This document shows positions 38,090 through 48,288 of a stretch of 64,000 nucleotides of DNA, one piece after another (position 1 is the first letter of the stretch; every line of letters starts with the position of its first letter). Source of the stretch: an uncultured Spirochaetota bacterium (GTDB lineage: Bacteria; Spirochaetota; Brevinematia; Brevinematales; JAOACQ01); NCBI GenBank assembly GCA_963835575.1, contig CAWIGG010000005.1:256001-320000 (forward strand), in the 5' to 3' direction. The notes under the pieces are model-generated. The model did no database searches. It worked only from the letters and a program-made list of their open reading frames with translations, and was not told where the DNA came from. The position numbers and the translations under genes are program-made.

Positions 38090-38850
38090 CTGTGAATTAA
38101 CCGGTGAACTCCTATCTCAAAAATAAAATATGTAAACAAAAAAGCGATGGTTTACCCATCGCCCATTTCCCATCTAACTTAAATAATAAGAATAAAACCC
38201 CACTTGTACTATAATGATGATATGATAATGAAAATGATTTGTCAAAGTTTTATGTAAAAATTAGTTGAATTTTATTGATGATATTATATGATAAAGCTAA
38301 AATAATCAAGAGAAAAAATCAAAAGGATTCTTAGAAGGAGAACTAATTGAATCAAGATAATTATATTAAATTAAATGTGGACTATTCTGATAAAGAAATA
38401 GCAAAAACTTTGGGCGCCAAGTGGGATTCCGTCAATAAAATCTGGTTTATTCATATGGAATCAGATATTTTAAAATTTACCAAATGGTTTGAGTCGCCAT
38501 ATATCGATGTTTTTGCCAGTGTCCTTTATACTTACTTGGCAACTGAAATCTGTTGGAAATGCGGCAAGGAAACATCATTTTTGACGTTATTAAGCGATAG
38601 ATTTATTTTTATTAAGAATAAAGATAATAACGACATTAACAAAGAAAATAAAAATATATCTACTGAATTGGAAAATCCGGACGAAACATGCCGGGGTTCC
38701 GGGTGAAACATGCCACCCAATCCGTGTGAAACATGCCGGGTAATCCGGATGAAATGTTACCACCTACCATAAGAAAAAGCGAATCAAACACGAAGAATTC
38801 CTCCGAGAATGTTAAGCTAATCCTTCTTGAAAAAATAAGAAGGAGTTGGT

Positions 38851-40407
38851 ATGCCGAACAGGAGGAAGCCTATGAAGAAAATCCGGGAAGTGATCCGGAT
38901 GATCAAAGAAAACGGCCTGAGCTGCCGTGTGACATCAAAGGCCCTGGATATTTCCAGGCCAACCGTGCAAAGATATATATCCAGGTTTGAAAAAAGCGGC
39001 CTAACCATCGCGGAAATTTATGAAATGAGCGATTCTGCTTTAATTGAAATTTTCGAATCGATGGCAGAAGGTGACAGTCAGGAAGAAACCGAAAAGGATA
39101 ATCTGTACAATGAATTCCCCGAATACAGTAAGGAACTACTGCGTACAGGCGTCAATCTGAGATTGCTTTGGGAAGAATACCTGAGAAAATATCCAGGAGG
39201 CTATCGCTATTCTCAATTCTGCTATCACTACGGCATCTGGAAAGGTTCTCTTGAAATATCCATGCACCAGGAATACAAGGCCGGAGACAAGCTTTTTGTT
39301 GATTTTACCGGCGCGAAATTTCCGATTGTAGACCGTTCCACAGGAGAAGTTATAGAGAAAGAGGTATTCGTAGCCATTCTTGGAGCAAGCCAGTATACAT
39401 ATGTGGAAGCGACGGATAGCCAGAAGAAAGAAGACTTAATCAGGGCTATCGAGAACGCGTTGTATTACTTCGGAGGATCACCAAGAGCCATAATACCCGA
39501 TTGTTTAAAAAGCGCTGTAACGTTGGGCAATAAATATGAACCTGCAATTAATTCTGAATTTCAGAATTTTTGCAGACATTATTCTATGTGTCCCCTCCCT
39601 GCAAGACCATATAAACCGCGAGATAAAGCACACGTTGAAAACGCCGTAAAAATCACCTACAGCTGGATATTTGCCGTTCTCAGGAATAGAGTTTTTTATA
39701 CTCTGGGAGAATTGAATATTGCTATACGGGAACAATTGGGAATCTATAATTCAAAGAAGATGCAGAAGCTCAAAGTCAGCAGGCGGGAATTTTTCGAGGA
39801 AACAGAACGGAAAGAGTTAAAACCGCTTCCGAAGGAAAGATACAGTTTTAAAAGCTTCTCAAAAGCTAAGATCCAATTCAACTATCATGTCTGTCTCAAA
39901 GAAGATTCTCATTACTACAGCGTTCCATATCGATATAGAGGCAAAATGGCAGATATTGTTACTTCCGATCGGACAGTGGAAATATTTGTTGATAATATCC
40001 GCATTGCAGCCTATCCACGGGACCGTAGAAAGCAAGTTTATACAACCACACATGAACATATGCCGCCCCATCACAGGTGGGTCGGAGACTGGAATCCGGA
40101 GAAGTTAACACATTGGGGTAAGTCGCTTGGTCCGGATGTTGAAGAAATGATAAAGAGAGTCCTGCAAAGCAGGGATTATCCAGAACAGGCATATAAGGTC
40201 TGTCTGGGCATCTTAAGCCTGGCCAAAAAACTCGGAAAAGAAAGGCTCGATAAAGCCTGTAAACGGGCGCTTGATTTTCAGTATTATTCATATCAGGGAA
40301 TAAAGCGGATTCTGGAGAAAGGCCTGGATAATTTTGAGGAAGAATCGGTACTGTTTCCGGCCGTTAAGATGCATGAAAATATCCGCGGAAGAGAATATTT
40401 TGAATAG
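38851..40407 (+). CDS. istA: IS21 transposase
   Basis: HTH, LFVDFTG, IIPDCLKSAV, PRDKAHVEN (DDE), YSVPY. Confidence 0.95.
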   Translation: MPNRRKPMKKIREVIRMIKENGLSCRVTSKALDISRPTVQRYISRFEKSGLTIAEIYEMSDSALIEIFESMAEGDSQEETEKDNLYNEFPEYSKELLRTGVNLRLLWEEYLRKYPGGYRYSQFCYHYGIWKGSLEISMHQEYKAGDKLFVDFTGAKFPIVDRSTGEVIEKEVFVAILGASQYTYVEATDSQKKEDLIRAIENALYYFGGSPRAIIPDCLKSAVTLGNKYEPAINSEFQNFCRHYSMCPLPARPYKPRDKAHVENAVKITYSWIFAVLRNRVFYTLGELNIAIREQLGIYNSKKMQKLKVSRREFFEETERKELKPLPKERYSFKSFSKAKIQFNYHVCLKEDSHYYSVPYRYRGKMADIVTSDRTVEIFVDNIRIAAYPRDRRKQVYTTTHEHMPPHHRWVGDWNPEKLTHWGKSLGPDVEEMIKRVLQSRDYPEQAYKVCLGILSLAKKLGKERLDKACKRALDFQYYSYQGIKRILEKGLDNFEEESVLFPAVKMHENIRGREYFE

Positions 40408-40419
40408 GAGGAACTGAAT

Positions 40420-41163
40420 ATGACCAATGAAGCAACTATTGAAAAAATGCAGAAGATGAAACTGCATGGGATGTCCAGGGCGTTTGAGGATATCATTGCC
40501 GGTAAAACGCCTGACGGCCTGACTGCCGATGAAACAATTGCGCATCTTGTGGATTCGGAATGGGACGAAAGGTATAATCGGAAACTGTCATCTTTAATCA
40601 AAAGAGGGCGTTTCAGATATCAGGCTGGTCTGGAGAATCTTTCTTACCGTGCGGATAGAGAACTGGATAAAAATCTGATATTGAGGCTTTCGAATTGTGA
40701 TTGGATACGAAAGAAAGAAAATATGATTATTACAGGCGCTACCGGCAGCGGGAAAAGCTATCTTGCATCAGCTTTCGGTAATCAGGCTTGCCGGCAGGGC
40801 TACAGGACCCTTTATTTCAACTGTTTGAAGATTTTTACCCGGTTAAAATTCGCAAAAGCGGAAGGTAGTTACTCAAAAGAAATGAATTTTATCCAGAAGC
40901 AGGATTTATTGATACTGGATGATTTTGGTCTTGAAATTCTTGATACACCCTCAAGATTGTCTCTTCTGGAAATGCTTGAGGACCGGCATGGTAAAAACTC
41001 TACTTTGATAACTTCTCAGCTGCCGGTAAAAGATTGGTTTGAAAAAATCGGTGATCCTACGATAGCTGACGCAATCTGTGACAGGATAAATCATTCTGCT
41101 ATTAAAATCGAATTGAAGGGGGTTGATTCTATGCGTAAAATTTATGCTAAAGATTCTGGATGA
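40420..41163 (+). CDS. istB: IS21 helper ATPase
   Basis: GATGSGKS, LLILDDFG, TSQLP, ADAICDR. Confidence 0.95.
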   Translation: MTNEATIEKMQKMKLHGMSRAFEDIIAGKTPDGLTADETIAHLVDSEWDERYNRKLSSLIKRGRFRYQAGLENLSYRADRELDKNLILRLSNCDWIRKKENMIITGATGSGKSYLASAFGNQACRQGYRTLYFNCLKIFTRLKFAKAEGSYSKEMNFIQKQDLLILDDFGLEILDTPSRLSLLEMLEDRHGKNSTLITSQLPVKDWFEKIGDPTIADAICDRINHSAIKIELKGVDSMRKIYAKDSG

Positions 41164-41790
41164 AACATGCCACCTGCCTTAAAATGTTTTGGGAATTTTA
41201 GTGTTTTGAAAAGTGGTAACATTTCGCCCGGAACCCCGGCACATTTCACCGGAATACGCACTGAATTGATAGACCAGTTTAGCGTGTTATTCTATGTACA
41301 ATATATGCCAAAAGAATTGATTGATTATTTTAAAAAAGAATGTTCTCTATTTTACACAGACTTTTCAGTAACATTGAAAGATCGATACTGGATGAATCAC
41401 TGTGAGTATTGCAAGGCCAAACTGGGTGATCATTATTTGCATGATGAACCAGAAGTTGATATTTTTTATTGGTAAGGAAATAATTGAGCATGTCAAACTC
41501 GTTGAAATAGATACAACTTACTGTGCTGCAATATCATGTAATGTAAAATCAATAAATGAATAAGTGCAAATCAAAATATTTTACCCCCTTCATATTTAGT
41601 GTTAACATAATTGTTTACTATAAGATCGAAGCAATGGTAAATAAAACTGTTGGACATAGAGGTATTTTTTATTGTTTTTAGAAAGGAACAATAATTAGAG
41701 TAAATTCTATGTCCACTTTTTTCAAGAACAACTCGAAACTATTTCATAAAAGAAAAATATTATGGCCAATTTTAACATAATAATAGAAAA

Positions 41791-42291
41791 TTATCGTGGC
41801 CGGGGACAATTGTCTAATGTATTACAAATATTTGAAAAAAATGATGGGTCTTGTTCATCATATTCAATCTTTTGAGTATAATACTGTAAATAATTCATTG
41901 ATTGAGAAATTAACTTATTATCTATTGATCCAAAAGTTCCGGTGCAAGAAAATTCAAGAGTTCTAAGTAAATCAACCGATAAATCCACAAAATATAAGTT
42001 TTTTTCGATTTTAGACACATATTGCTCAATTATTTTAATTCTATCAAATTGCTTTCTTATTAATACGTTGCTTTCAAATTCAATCATATTATGAGCAATG
42101 AATATGTTAGTCATATATTGAACTAATTGTTCCCAATTATCATGTATTTTATCAAAAATACCTGGTTTTAACTTTTTAATAAACCAGGCAATAATTCCTT
42201 CTGGAACAACAAATAATGCGATAATTAGGAAAATAACTCCAATAATTACTTCCCTTATTATTTCGAAAATAAGTTTTTGAATATCAACCAT
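41791..42291 (-). CDS. hypothetical protein with N-terminal TM
   Basis: 166-aa ORF in very AT-rich DNA, GAGG upstream. Confidence 0.5.
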   Translation of the reverse strand: MVDIQKLIFEIIREVIIGVIFLIIALFVVPEGIIAWFIKKLKPGIFDKIHDNWEQLVQYMTNIFIAHNMIEFESNVLIRKQFDRIKIIEQYVSKIEKNLYFVDLSVDLLRTLEFSCTGTFGSIDNKLISQSMNYLQYYTQKIEYDEQDPSFFSNICNTLDNCPRPR

Positions 42292-42841
42292 AAACTCTAC
42301 CTCATTAAATAAATAAGAAAAAGAAACTTCACTAAATTATTCTAATAATAATTTTTTAAATTAAAATTCAGTATTTATCCTTCAAGATTATACACCTTTT
42401 GACATATAAAAATCCAAGCTTTTTTAACATTTTTATTTTCAATCAATTTCAATTTATAATTCTAGCTGTGAAAAATATCATTATTGGACTGTTATGTGAA
42501 TAATATCACTGTTCATTTGTTTGTTAAAAAATAGTCTAATACATCTAAAAACCATTCCCCATACCAATTTTTAAAGTCCTATTTATGCTTTTCAGTAATT
42601 TTATTCCTGACAAGATCATCTAACCAGTATGAATTAAATTAATGTATAATATATGACCTTGGATGACTTGCAAAATTACTGATTTTTTGTCAAATTCTTC
42701 TTTTTTGCTATTTTACAATAAGGTTTTAATTTTTTATTTATTAATTTGAACAATCTGTATATGTTACCTATATGATTCTCATCACCCCACCAATTCCAAA
42801 ATCAATATTAAAGTAAAATAATATAGTTTTTATAAATGTGC

Positions 42842-44237
42842 GAGTTATAATAGAAAGTTGTGTATAGGAATAAATATTATAAAAAAGATGGCGTACCCTC
42901 TATAATTTATTTACGACAATAAACAAAAGGAGGAATACGCCATATGCCGAAGCACAACGAAGATTTTAAGCTCTTACAGGCTTTTAATCAAGATGAAACA
43001 GTAGAATTTTTATGTCTTGAAGAATTGGCAAGGATCGGGGCCAGGGAAATAATCAAGAAGGCTCTGGAAGATGAAATTAATGGGTTTCTTCAGGAGAGAG
43101 AGCATTTAACTATCGAAGACGGGAGAAAGGCAATAGTAAGAAATGGGTATCATAAAGCCCGTCAGATTCTCATTGGTGGAGGGGCTATTGATGTATGTAT
43201 TCCGAGAACAAGGAACCGACTCGGAGGCGACAATTTTCAAAGCCTAATAGTACCGCCGTATATGAGAAAAAGCCTGAGAATTGAGGAAGCCATTCCATTG
43301 TTGTATCTCTATGGAGTCTCAGAGATGGATATGGAGAATGCCTTGAGAGGATTGCTTGGTGAAGAAGCGAAAGGATTATCAGCCTCAAGTATAAGCAGAA
43401 TGAAACAAGGATGGGGTAAAGAATATGATGAGTGGCGGACATCCGATTTAAGCGATAAAAAGTATTGCTATATATGGGTTGACGGCATTTACTTCAATGT
43501 ACAGGGCAGCGAAGACCGTTTATGCACTCTTGTAATGATCGGAGCCAATGAGAATGGTGAAAAGGAGATTATTCTTGTTGAAGAAGGTTACAGAGAGAAT
43601 TCCGAGACTTGGTTAGGGATATTAAGAAACCTAAAAGAAAAAGGTTTGAAAGGTCCTATTCTTTTTATCGGAGACGGAAGCCTTGGATTCTGGAAAGCAG
43701 CCAAAGAAGTATATCCTGAATCCAGATGGCAGAGATGCTGGGTTCATAAGATAAAGAACATTCTAAACAAGCTGCCCAAAGTATTACAGTCAAAGGCAAA
43801 AGAGATGCTTCATGAGATATGCAATGCTCCTGATAAGGATAATGCTATCAAAGCTTTTGAATTATTCCAGGCGGTTTTTAATCCTAAATATCCAGCAGCT
43901 GTCGAATGTTTAGAAAAGGATTGGGAGCTTATGATCGAATTTTATAACTGTCCGGCGGAACATTGGGTACATATCCGTACGACAAACGTAATAGAATCTA
44001 CCTTCTCTACAGTTCGATTAAGAACTAAAAAGATGAGAGGCTGCGGAACCAGGGAAACGATTCTAATAATGGTCTATAAATTACTGGATAAGGCATCCAG
44101 GCGATGGAGAAAATTAAGAGGTTATGAAAAGATTAGCCTTGTATTGGAAGGCGCTGTTTTTGAGAACGGAGAGCTTGTAAAAAAGGCAGCATAAAAAAAT
44201 GAGAGGGTATGTCATACACAACATTTGACAAAAACTC
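42842..44237 (+). mobile_element. IS256 family element
   Basis: imperfect IRs GAGTTATAATAGAAAGTTGTGTAT / rc GAGTTTTTGTCAAATGTTGTGTAT (18 of 24 match); no flanking duplication seen. Confidence 0.85.
42944..44194 (+). CDS. IS256 (mutator-type) transposase
   Basis: RNGY, YIWVDGIY, IGDGSLG, QRCWVH, RTTNVIES. Confidence 0.95.
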   Translation: MPKHNEDFKLLQAFNQDETVEFLCLEELARIGAREIIKKALEDEINGFLQEREHLTIEDGRKAIVRNGYHKARQILIGGGAIDVCIPRTRNRLGGDNFQSLIVPPYMRKSLRIEEAIPLLYLYGVSEMDMENALRGLLGEEAKGLSASSISRMKQGWGKEYDEWRTSDLSDKKYCYIWVDGIYFNVQGSEDRLCTLVMIGANENGEKEIILVEEGYRENSETWLGILRNLKEKGLKGPILFIGDGSLGFWKAAKEVYPESRWQRCWVHKIKNILNKLPKVLQSKAKEMLHEICNAPDKDNAIKAFELFQAVFNPKYPAAVECLEKDWELMIEFYNCPAEHWVHIRTTNVIESTFSTVRLRTKKMRGCGTRETILIMVYKLLDKASRRWRKLRGYEKISLVLEGAVFENGELVKKAA

Positions 44238-44355
44238 CATCAAAATAACATAAGAAGTTAATTTATTAACAATTTAATTTTTTTGCATAATATTAGTCAA
44301 TTGTATAAAATATCCCTATATAAATAAATATTATAGAGTATTTGGAGGGGATAAA

Positions 44356-44943
44356 ATGAATAAACTAAAGCTTACAGGGAAACATATATTATTATTACTA
44401 TTATATTCGCCTGGTATAGAGAATAACATAAATGAACCAATTAAAGGTCGAACAAGATTAATAAAAATGATGTTTTTATTTAATGAAGAGATAAAAAAGT
44501 CTTTTCTTTCTGATTCAAAAATAGAAATTGAAAAATATCAAGCGTTTTATCCCTGGGACTATGGGCCGTTTTCTAAAGAAATCTATGATGATATAGAGTT
44601 TTTTATTAATAATCGTTTCATTAAAAGTGCATTTTCACCGGATAGTATGATGGATTTTGAAGTAGATGAACTTGAAAATTGGGCAAATAGTGTATATTTA
44701 GAAACAGATAAAAACACTTTATTAAGTGACCAGAACGAAGAAGAATTTTTATTGACAGATAGGGGTATTAAATTTGTAGAAGAGAAGATTAAAAATATTC
44801 TTTCTACAAATCAAATTGATATATTAAGAAAGTTTAAAAAAAATATTAGTGAAACATCTCTTTTCGCTATATTGAGATATATCTATATGAAATACCCGGA
44901 TTATACAACGAAATCAAAGATCAAGAATAATGTATTAATATAA
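44356..44943 (+). CDS. Panacea/SocA (DUF4065)- or YwgA-like winged-helix protein
   Basis: GRTRLIKMMFL..FYPWDYGPFSKEIYDDI..LTDRG..LRYIY.KYP. Confidence 0.6.
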   Translation: MNKLKLTGKHILLLLLYSPGIENNINEPIKGRTRLIKMMFLFNEEIKKSFLSDSKIEIEKYQAFYPWDYGPFSKEIYDDIEFFINNRFIKSAFSPDSMMDFEVDELENWANSVYLETDKNTLLSDQNEEEFLLTDRGIKFVEEKIKNILSTNQIDILRKFKKNISETSLFAILRYIYMKYPDYTTKSKIKNNVLI

Positions 44944-44952
44944 AAGGAATTT

Positions 44953-45498
44953 ATGGGAAATAATATTATTAGTTTTATTCCACTTTTTTTAGCTTTTTTT
45001 AGTTTATTAATATCTGAAATGCTTAAAAGCAAAAGAAGCTCAGAAATTACTTTAAAATATCGTTTTTTTAATTCACTTATTATAGATAAATTTGAGGATT
45101 TCATTCATAAAATAACTGAGCACTATTCATCAGAGGTTTTAAGATTAATTACAACTTTAAATCCCGATAAAATTACATTAGATGAATTTATGTTTAAACC
45201 TTTTAATTATGAATACAAAGGGTTTTATAAAGAATATGAAAAACTTGAAGAAAGAAAAATTTCTTTAAACAGGGCTTTATATAGAATTCAAATATTTAGA
45301 TTTATTTTTTTAGTTATTTTAACTATTGTTTTACTATTGTTTATTTTTAACTTAATAATTCAATCGCCTATTTTTAATTATATAAATATAATAGTTGCAA
45401 TTATAATTTTTATTATTATGCTTATCTATATGATGGATTATATTCGAATTAGTAATAAATTAGATGATATTGAGAAAGATTATGACTTTTCAAAGTGA
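44953..45498 (+). CDS. hypothetical membrane protein (1+2 TM)
   Basis: N-terminal hydrophobic segment, soluble middle, two C-terminal TMs. Confidence 0.7.
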   Translation: MGNNIISFIPLFLAFFSLLISEMLKSKRSSEITLKYRFFNSLIIDKFEDFIHKITEHYSSEVLRLITTLNPDKITLDEFMFKPFNYEYKGFYKEYEKLEERKISLNRALYRIQIFRFIFLVILTIVLLLFIFNLIIQSPIFNYINIIVAIIIFIIMLIYMMDYIRISNKLDDIEKDYDFSK

Positions 45499-45889
45499 AA
45501 AAGAATTAGAAGAAATTGCTTTACCTTTTTTTTCTGAAATGAACTTTAAATATCACAGACAAGTTCCTTTATTTAATCGTGTTATCGATTTTGTAGCACT
45601 CGACAATGAAGAAAATGTGATAGGTATTGAATTTAAATTAAAAAATTGGAAAAGAGCTATTTATCAGGTTAAATCAAATATAAATGCATTCGACTATGGT
45701 TATATTTTTATTCCATCAATTGGAAATATGGGTGTTGTTATTGATGAAGCAAAGAATCATGGAATCGGGATATTTTGTTATGATCGAAAAGCGGATACCA
45801 TTAACACATTACTTAAACCAAAAAAGAATAACTTAAAATGGTTGCCTAATATTGAATATTTAAAAACATATTTATTAGGAGCAAAATAA
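45482..45889 (+). CDS. small PD-(D/E)XK nuclease-fold protein
   Basis: SEKEL..RQVP..RVIDFVAL..IGIEFKLKNWKRAIYQ (E..D..ExK..Q). Confidence 0.7.
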   Translation: MTFQSEKELEEIALPFFSEMNFKYHRQVPLFNRVIDFVALDNEENVIGIEFKLKNWKRAIYQVKSNINAFDYGYIFIPSIGNMGVVIDEAKNHGIGIFCYDRKADTINTLLKPKKNNLKWLPNIEYLKTYLLGAK

Positions 45890-47238
45890 TGGAATTTAAA
45901 AATGGTGCTTGTCTGCATGTTATGTTATATGGTACATTTAAAGAAAACCAATACTTTTTAGGTGATTATAAAGATTCTTTTGATTTAATTGGATTTAACA
46001 GTAATATTGTCGCTCATGCACCTGATGGAATAGCCGCTTTTGTTTCACAACTTAAAAATAAAAACTATTTTATTGATCCGCAAACCTATGCTTTTACTCA
46101 AAGCGCACGTTATATTAGTAATAAAGATAAAAACGGAAAATGGGCTATAAAAAATTCAATAAAGAAATTAGCCGAACATTATGGTACCATTATTAACGAA
46201 AGGATAAATGAAAAATCCGATTTCACACCTATATTACTAAGTGATTTCGATGAGAAGAAAAGTAAAGAACTCTGTGAAAATGTATTAAATTTTGAATTAA
46301 ATACTTTAGATAACGCTATAAAAAATTCAGATTATAAAGACTTTCTTGTTGATGAGGAAGATAAAGTAATTGAGTTAAAACCAAGTTTTTTAATTGCTCC
46401 ATATTTTTTATTAGACCCAGATAATTTAAACGCAGAAATAATACAAAATAATAATTTTATAAAATATTCAAAAGAATTAATAAAAGATAAACAGATTTTT
46501 GCTGAAATGGTTTTACATGAAGAAATAATAGATAATATAAAATTTACTAATGAAATAATAAAAGGATATGAAAATTGTACTGCTGACGGTATTATTTTAT
46601 GGATTGATAATTTAGAAGAATCTTCTGAACAAATTACTGAAAGTTATTTAAACTCATATATAAATTTCTTAAAAGATATGTTAGTATGTAATAAGCCGAT
46701 TATTTTATTACATGGTAGTTACTTATCGATTATTTTATCGAATAGCAAATACCGGCTTTTAGCAGGTGTCGGACATGGAATTGAGTACGGTGAAAGCAGA
46801 TCCGTAATTCCAGTCGGAGGTGGTGTTCCCACTGCAAAATTCTATTTTCCAAAATTCCATAAAAGGGTTGACTACCATCCAGATGCAGAAAATATATTGT
46901 TAGAAAAGAAATGGGATGATAAACCAGATGAATATTTTAAAAATGTATGTGATTGCAATAAATGCAAAGAAATAATAAAAGAACCTGTTATGGAATGTTT
47001 TAGCTTGTTTGGTCTTACTAAGCCAAGTGATAAAAACAATAAATTATATCCAACATCTGATGCATTAGATTTAAGCAGGAGACATTATTTGAATAACAAA
47101 GTTAAAGAATATGATTATTGCAGAAAAACACAAAACAATGAAATATTAGGCGATTTAGAAAAAAATTGTAAAGTTGCGGATAATATTGTTTCATATTCTT
47201 TTAATCATTTGAGAAAATGGCATAATGTAATTAAGTAA
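45889..47238 (+). CDS. divergent tRNA-guanine transglycosylase (TGT)-like barrel protein with Zn site
   Basis: YFIDPQTY, LIAPYF, GVGHG..GE, GGG.P..KFYFP, C-terminal CDCNKC...RHYL (CxCxxC+H as in the TGT Zn site). Confidence 0.5.
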   Translation: MEFKNGACLHVMLYGTFKENQYFLGDYKDSFDLIGFNSNIVAHAPDGIAAFVSQLKNKNYFIDPQTYAFTQSARYISNKDKNGKWAIKNSIKKLAEHYGTIINERINEKSDFTPILLSDFDEKKSKELCENVLNFELNTLDNAIKNSDYKDFLVDEEDKVIELKPSFLIAPYFLLDPDNLNAEIIQNNNFIKYSKELIKDKQIFAEMVLHEEIIDNIKFTNEIIKGYENCTADGIILWIDNLEESSEQITESYLNSYINFLKDMLVCNKPIILLHGSYLSIILSNSKYRLLAGVGHGIEYGESRSVIPVGGGVPTAKFYFPKFHKRVDYHPDAENILLEKKWDDKPDEYFKNVCDCNKCKEIIKEPVMECFSLFGLTKPSDKNNKLYPTSDALDLSRRHYLNNKVKEYDYCRKTQNNEILGDLEKNCKVADNIVSYSFNHLRKWHNVIK

Positions 47239-47291
47239 AATTTTATACAGCAGATTCTTTTTATTTTTTATGGCTCCCTTCCTTTTATTCC

Positions 47292-47526
47292 CGAGGCCAT
47301 TTTCCGACTGGCCATAATCAGCACATCAAATATCTCGATTTATTGACGTGTCATCCGCTGCTATAATAATAGAAGAGAGACACATGCTTTTGACACGGAT
47401 GTCAAAACCGACGCATAAAGCCATTGGACGGCGACATAAGGAGGCTATTTTAATAAAGAATTGTTTCTCAAAAGCCGGATGACACTCCTCCATACGATCA
47501 GACAGCTTCGTATGAAAATGGCCTCG
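47292..47526. other. nested inverted-repeat element (candidate structured ncRNA or MITE)
   Basis: 13-bp outer stem, 10-bp and 8-bp inner stems and two further hairpins; see findings. Confidence 0.55.
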
Positions 47527-47731
47527 AAGGCATCTCTGTGAACTCTGTGGCTATCCTGAAAAGAATTGTTACAAATGCAGATTTGTTGCCAATGAAAAAG
47601 ATTTGAATCTAAAAATTCATACTTCCTTCGCGCCTCTTCGCGCGGCTTAGCGGATTACCCCGTCCGTTCCCCACCCCGTTGGTGCTTCTTCGCTCTCTTC
47701 GTATCTTCGTGGTGAGTCCACGTAGGCATCT

Positions 47732-48288
47732 CTATACACCCGACCTCAAATTTTTAAACTCATTCTCCCCTATTACTAAATCTTCAAACACCACCCCGCA
47801 CCCAGCGGCGACTGCGCAAAGACCCCCGCCCTGACCCTCTCTTTGAGCCCGAGCGAAAAATACCGCACCATTTCCCAATCCAGGCCATCGATGGAGTAAT
47901 GGACGGCCCAGTAATCGCCTTTTCTCAGGACCCTGATAAAGACCTTATCCGCTTCCGCTTTTTCCCCGTTGCAGTCGTCGGAGACGCCGTTCGTCACCAC
48001 CGTAACGAGGGAAGGATGGCCCAGGTCGGTCAATTCATAAGCGGCCTTTATCCAGTGGCTATCGTCGTCCAGGACCAAAATCCCGCCTGCGTCGTAGGTC
48101 TCTTTAAACCCCGGCGTGATTTTCGCCTGGATGATAAAATCACCCTCGACATCATTATAATAGAAGGGCGCGTTATGCATGTCATAACCGGACAGTTTGT
48201 CGATAAAATAATCGGTCTTTCCCCCGGCATCGATTTTGAAGGAATCGCCGTCGATTTTCTCGATTTTGTAGCCGTTCAGAAAATTCAT
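47732..48288 (-). pseudogene. DUF1349 (regulation-of-enolase-like) protein with 3' frameshift
   Basis: KTDYF, YDAGG, WIKAAYE, VVTNGVSDD; after SPLGAG an alternative frame gives VVFEDLVIGENEFKNLRSGV-stop. Confidence 0.7.

Larger units (their letters stand above)
38669..41260 (+). mobile_element. complete IS21 family element (2592 bp)
   Basis: TG...CA ends, imperfect IRs sharing TGCCGGGGTTCCGGG, subterminal GAAACATGCC repeats, 6-bp duplication CTGAAT (38663-38668, 41261-41266). Confidence 0.95.
38347..41475 (+). pseudogene. DUF5710-domain Zn-ribbon protein interrupted by IS21
   Basis: LNVDYSDKEIAKTLGAKWD, CWKC; removing the IS and one CTGAAT restores ..NISTELIDQFSV..MNHCEYC..HYLH in frame (177 codons). 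Confidence 0.85.

Noticed and set aside
38669..38770. GAAACATGCC repeats as a CRISPR array
   Set aside because: Too short and closely spaced; these are IS21 subterminal repeats and there are no cas genes
42450..42640. Degraded minus-strand reading frame
   Set aside because: Multiple stops; cannot assign a family
47405..47440. GACGCATAAAGCC as a c-di-GMP-I riboswitch core
   Set aside because: Partial resemblance only; no GNRA hairpin or GGCAAAC element and no downstream gene
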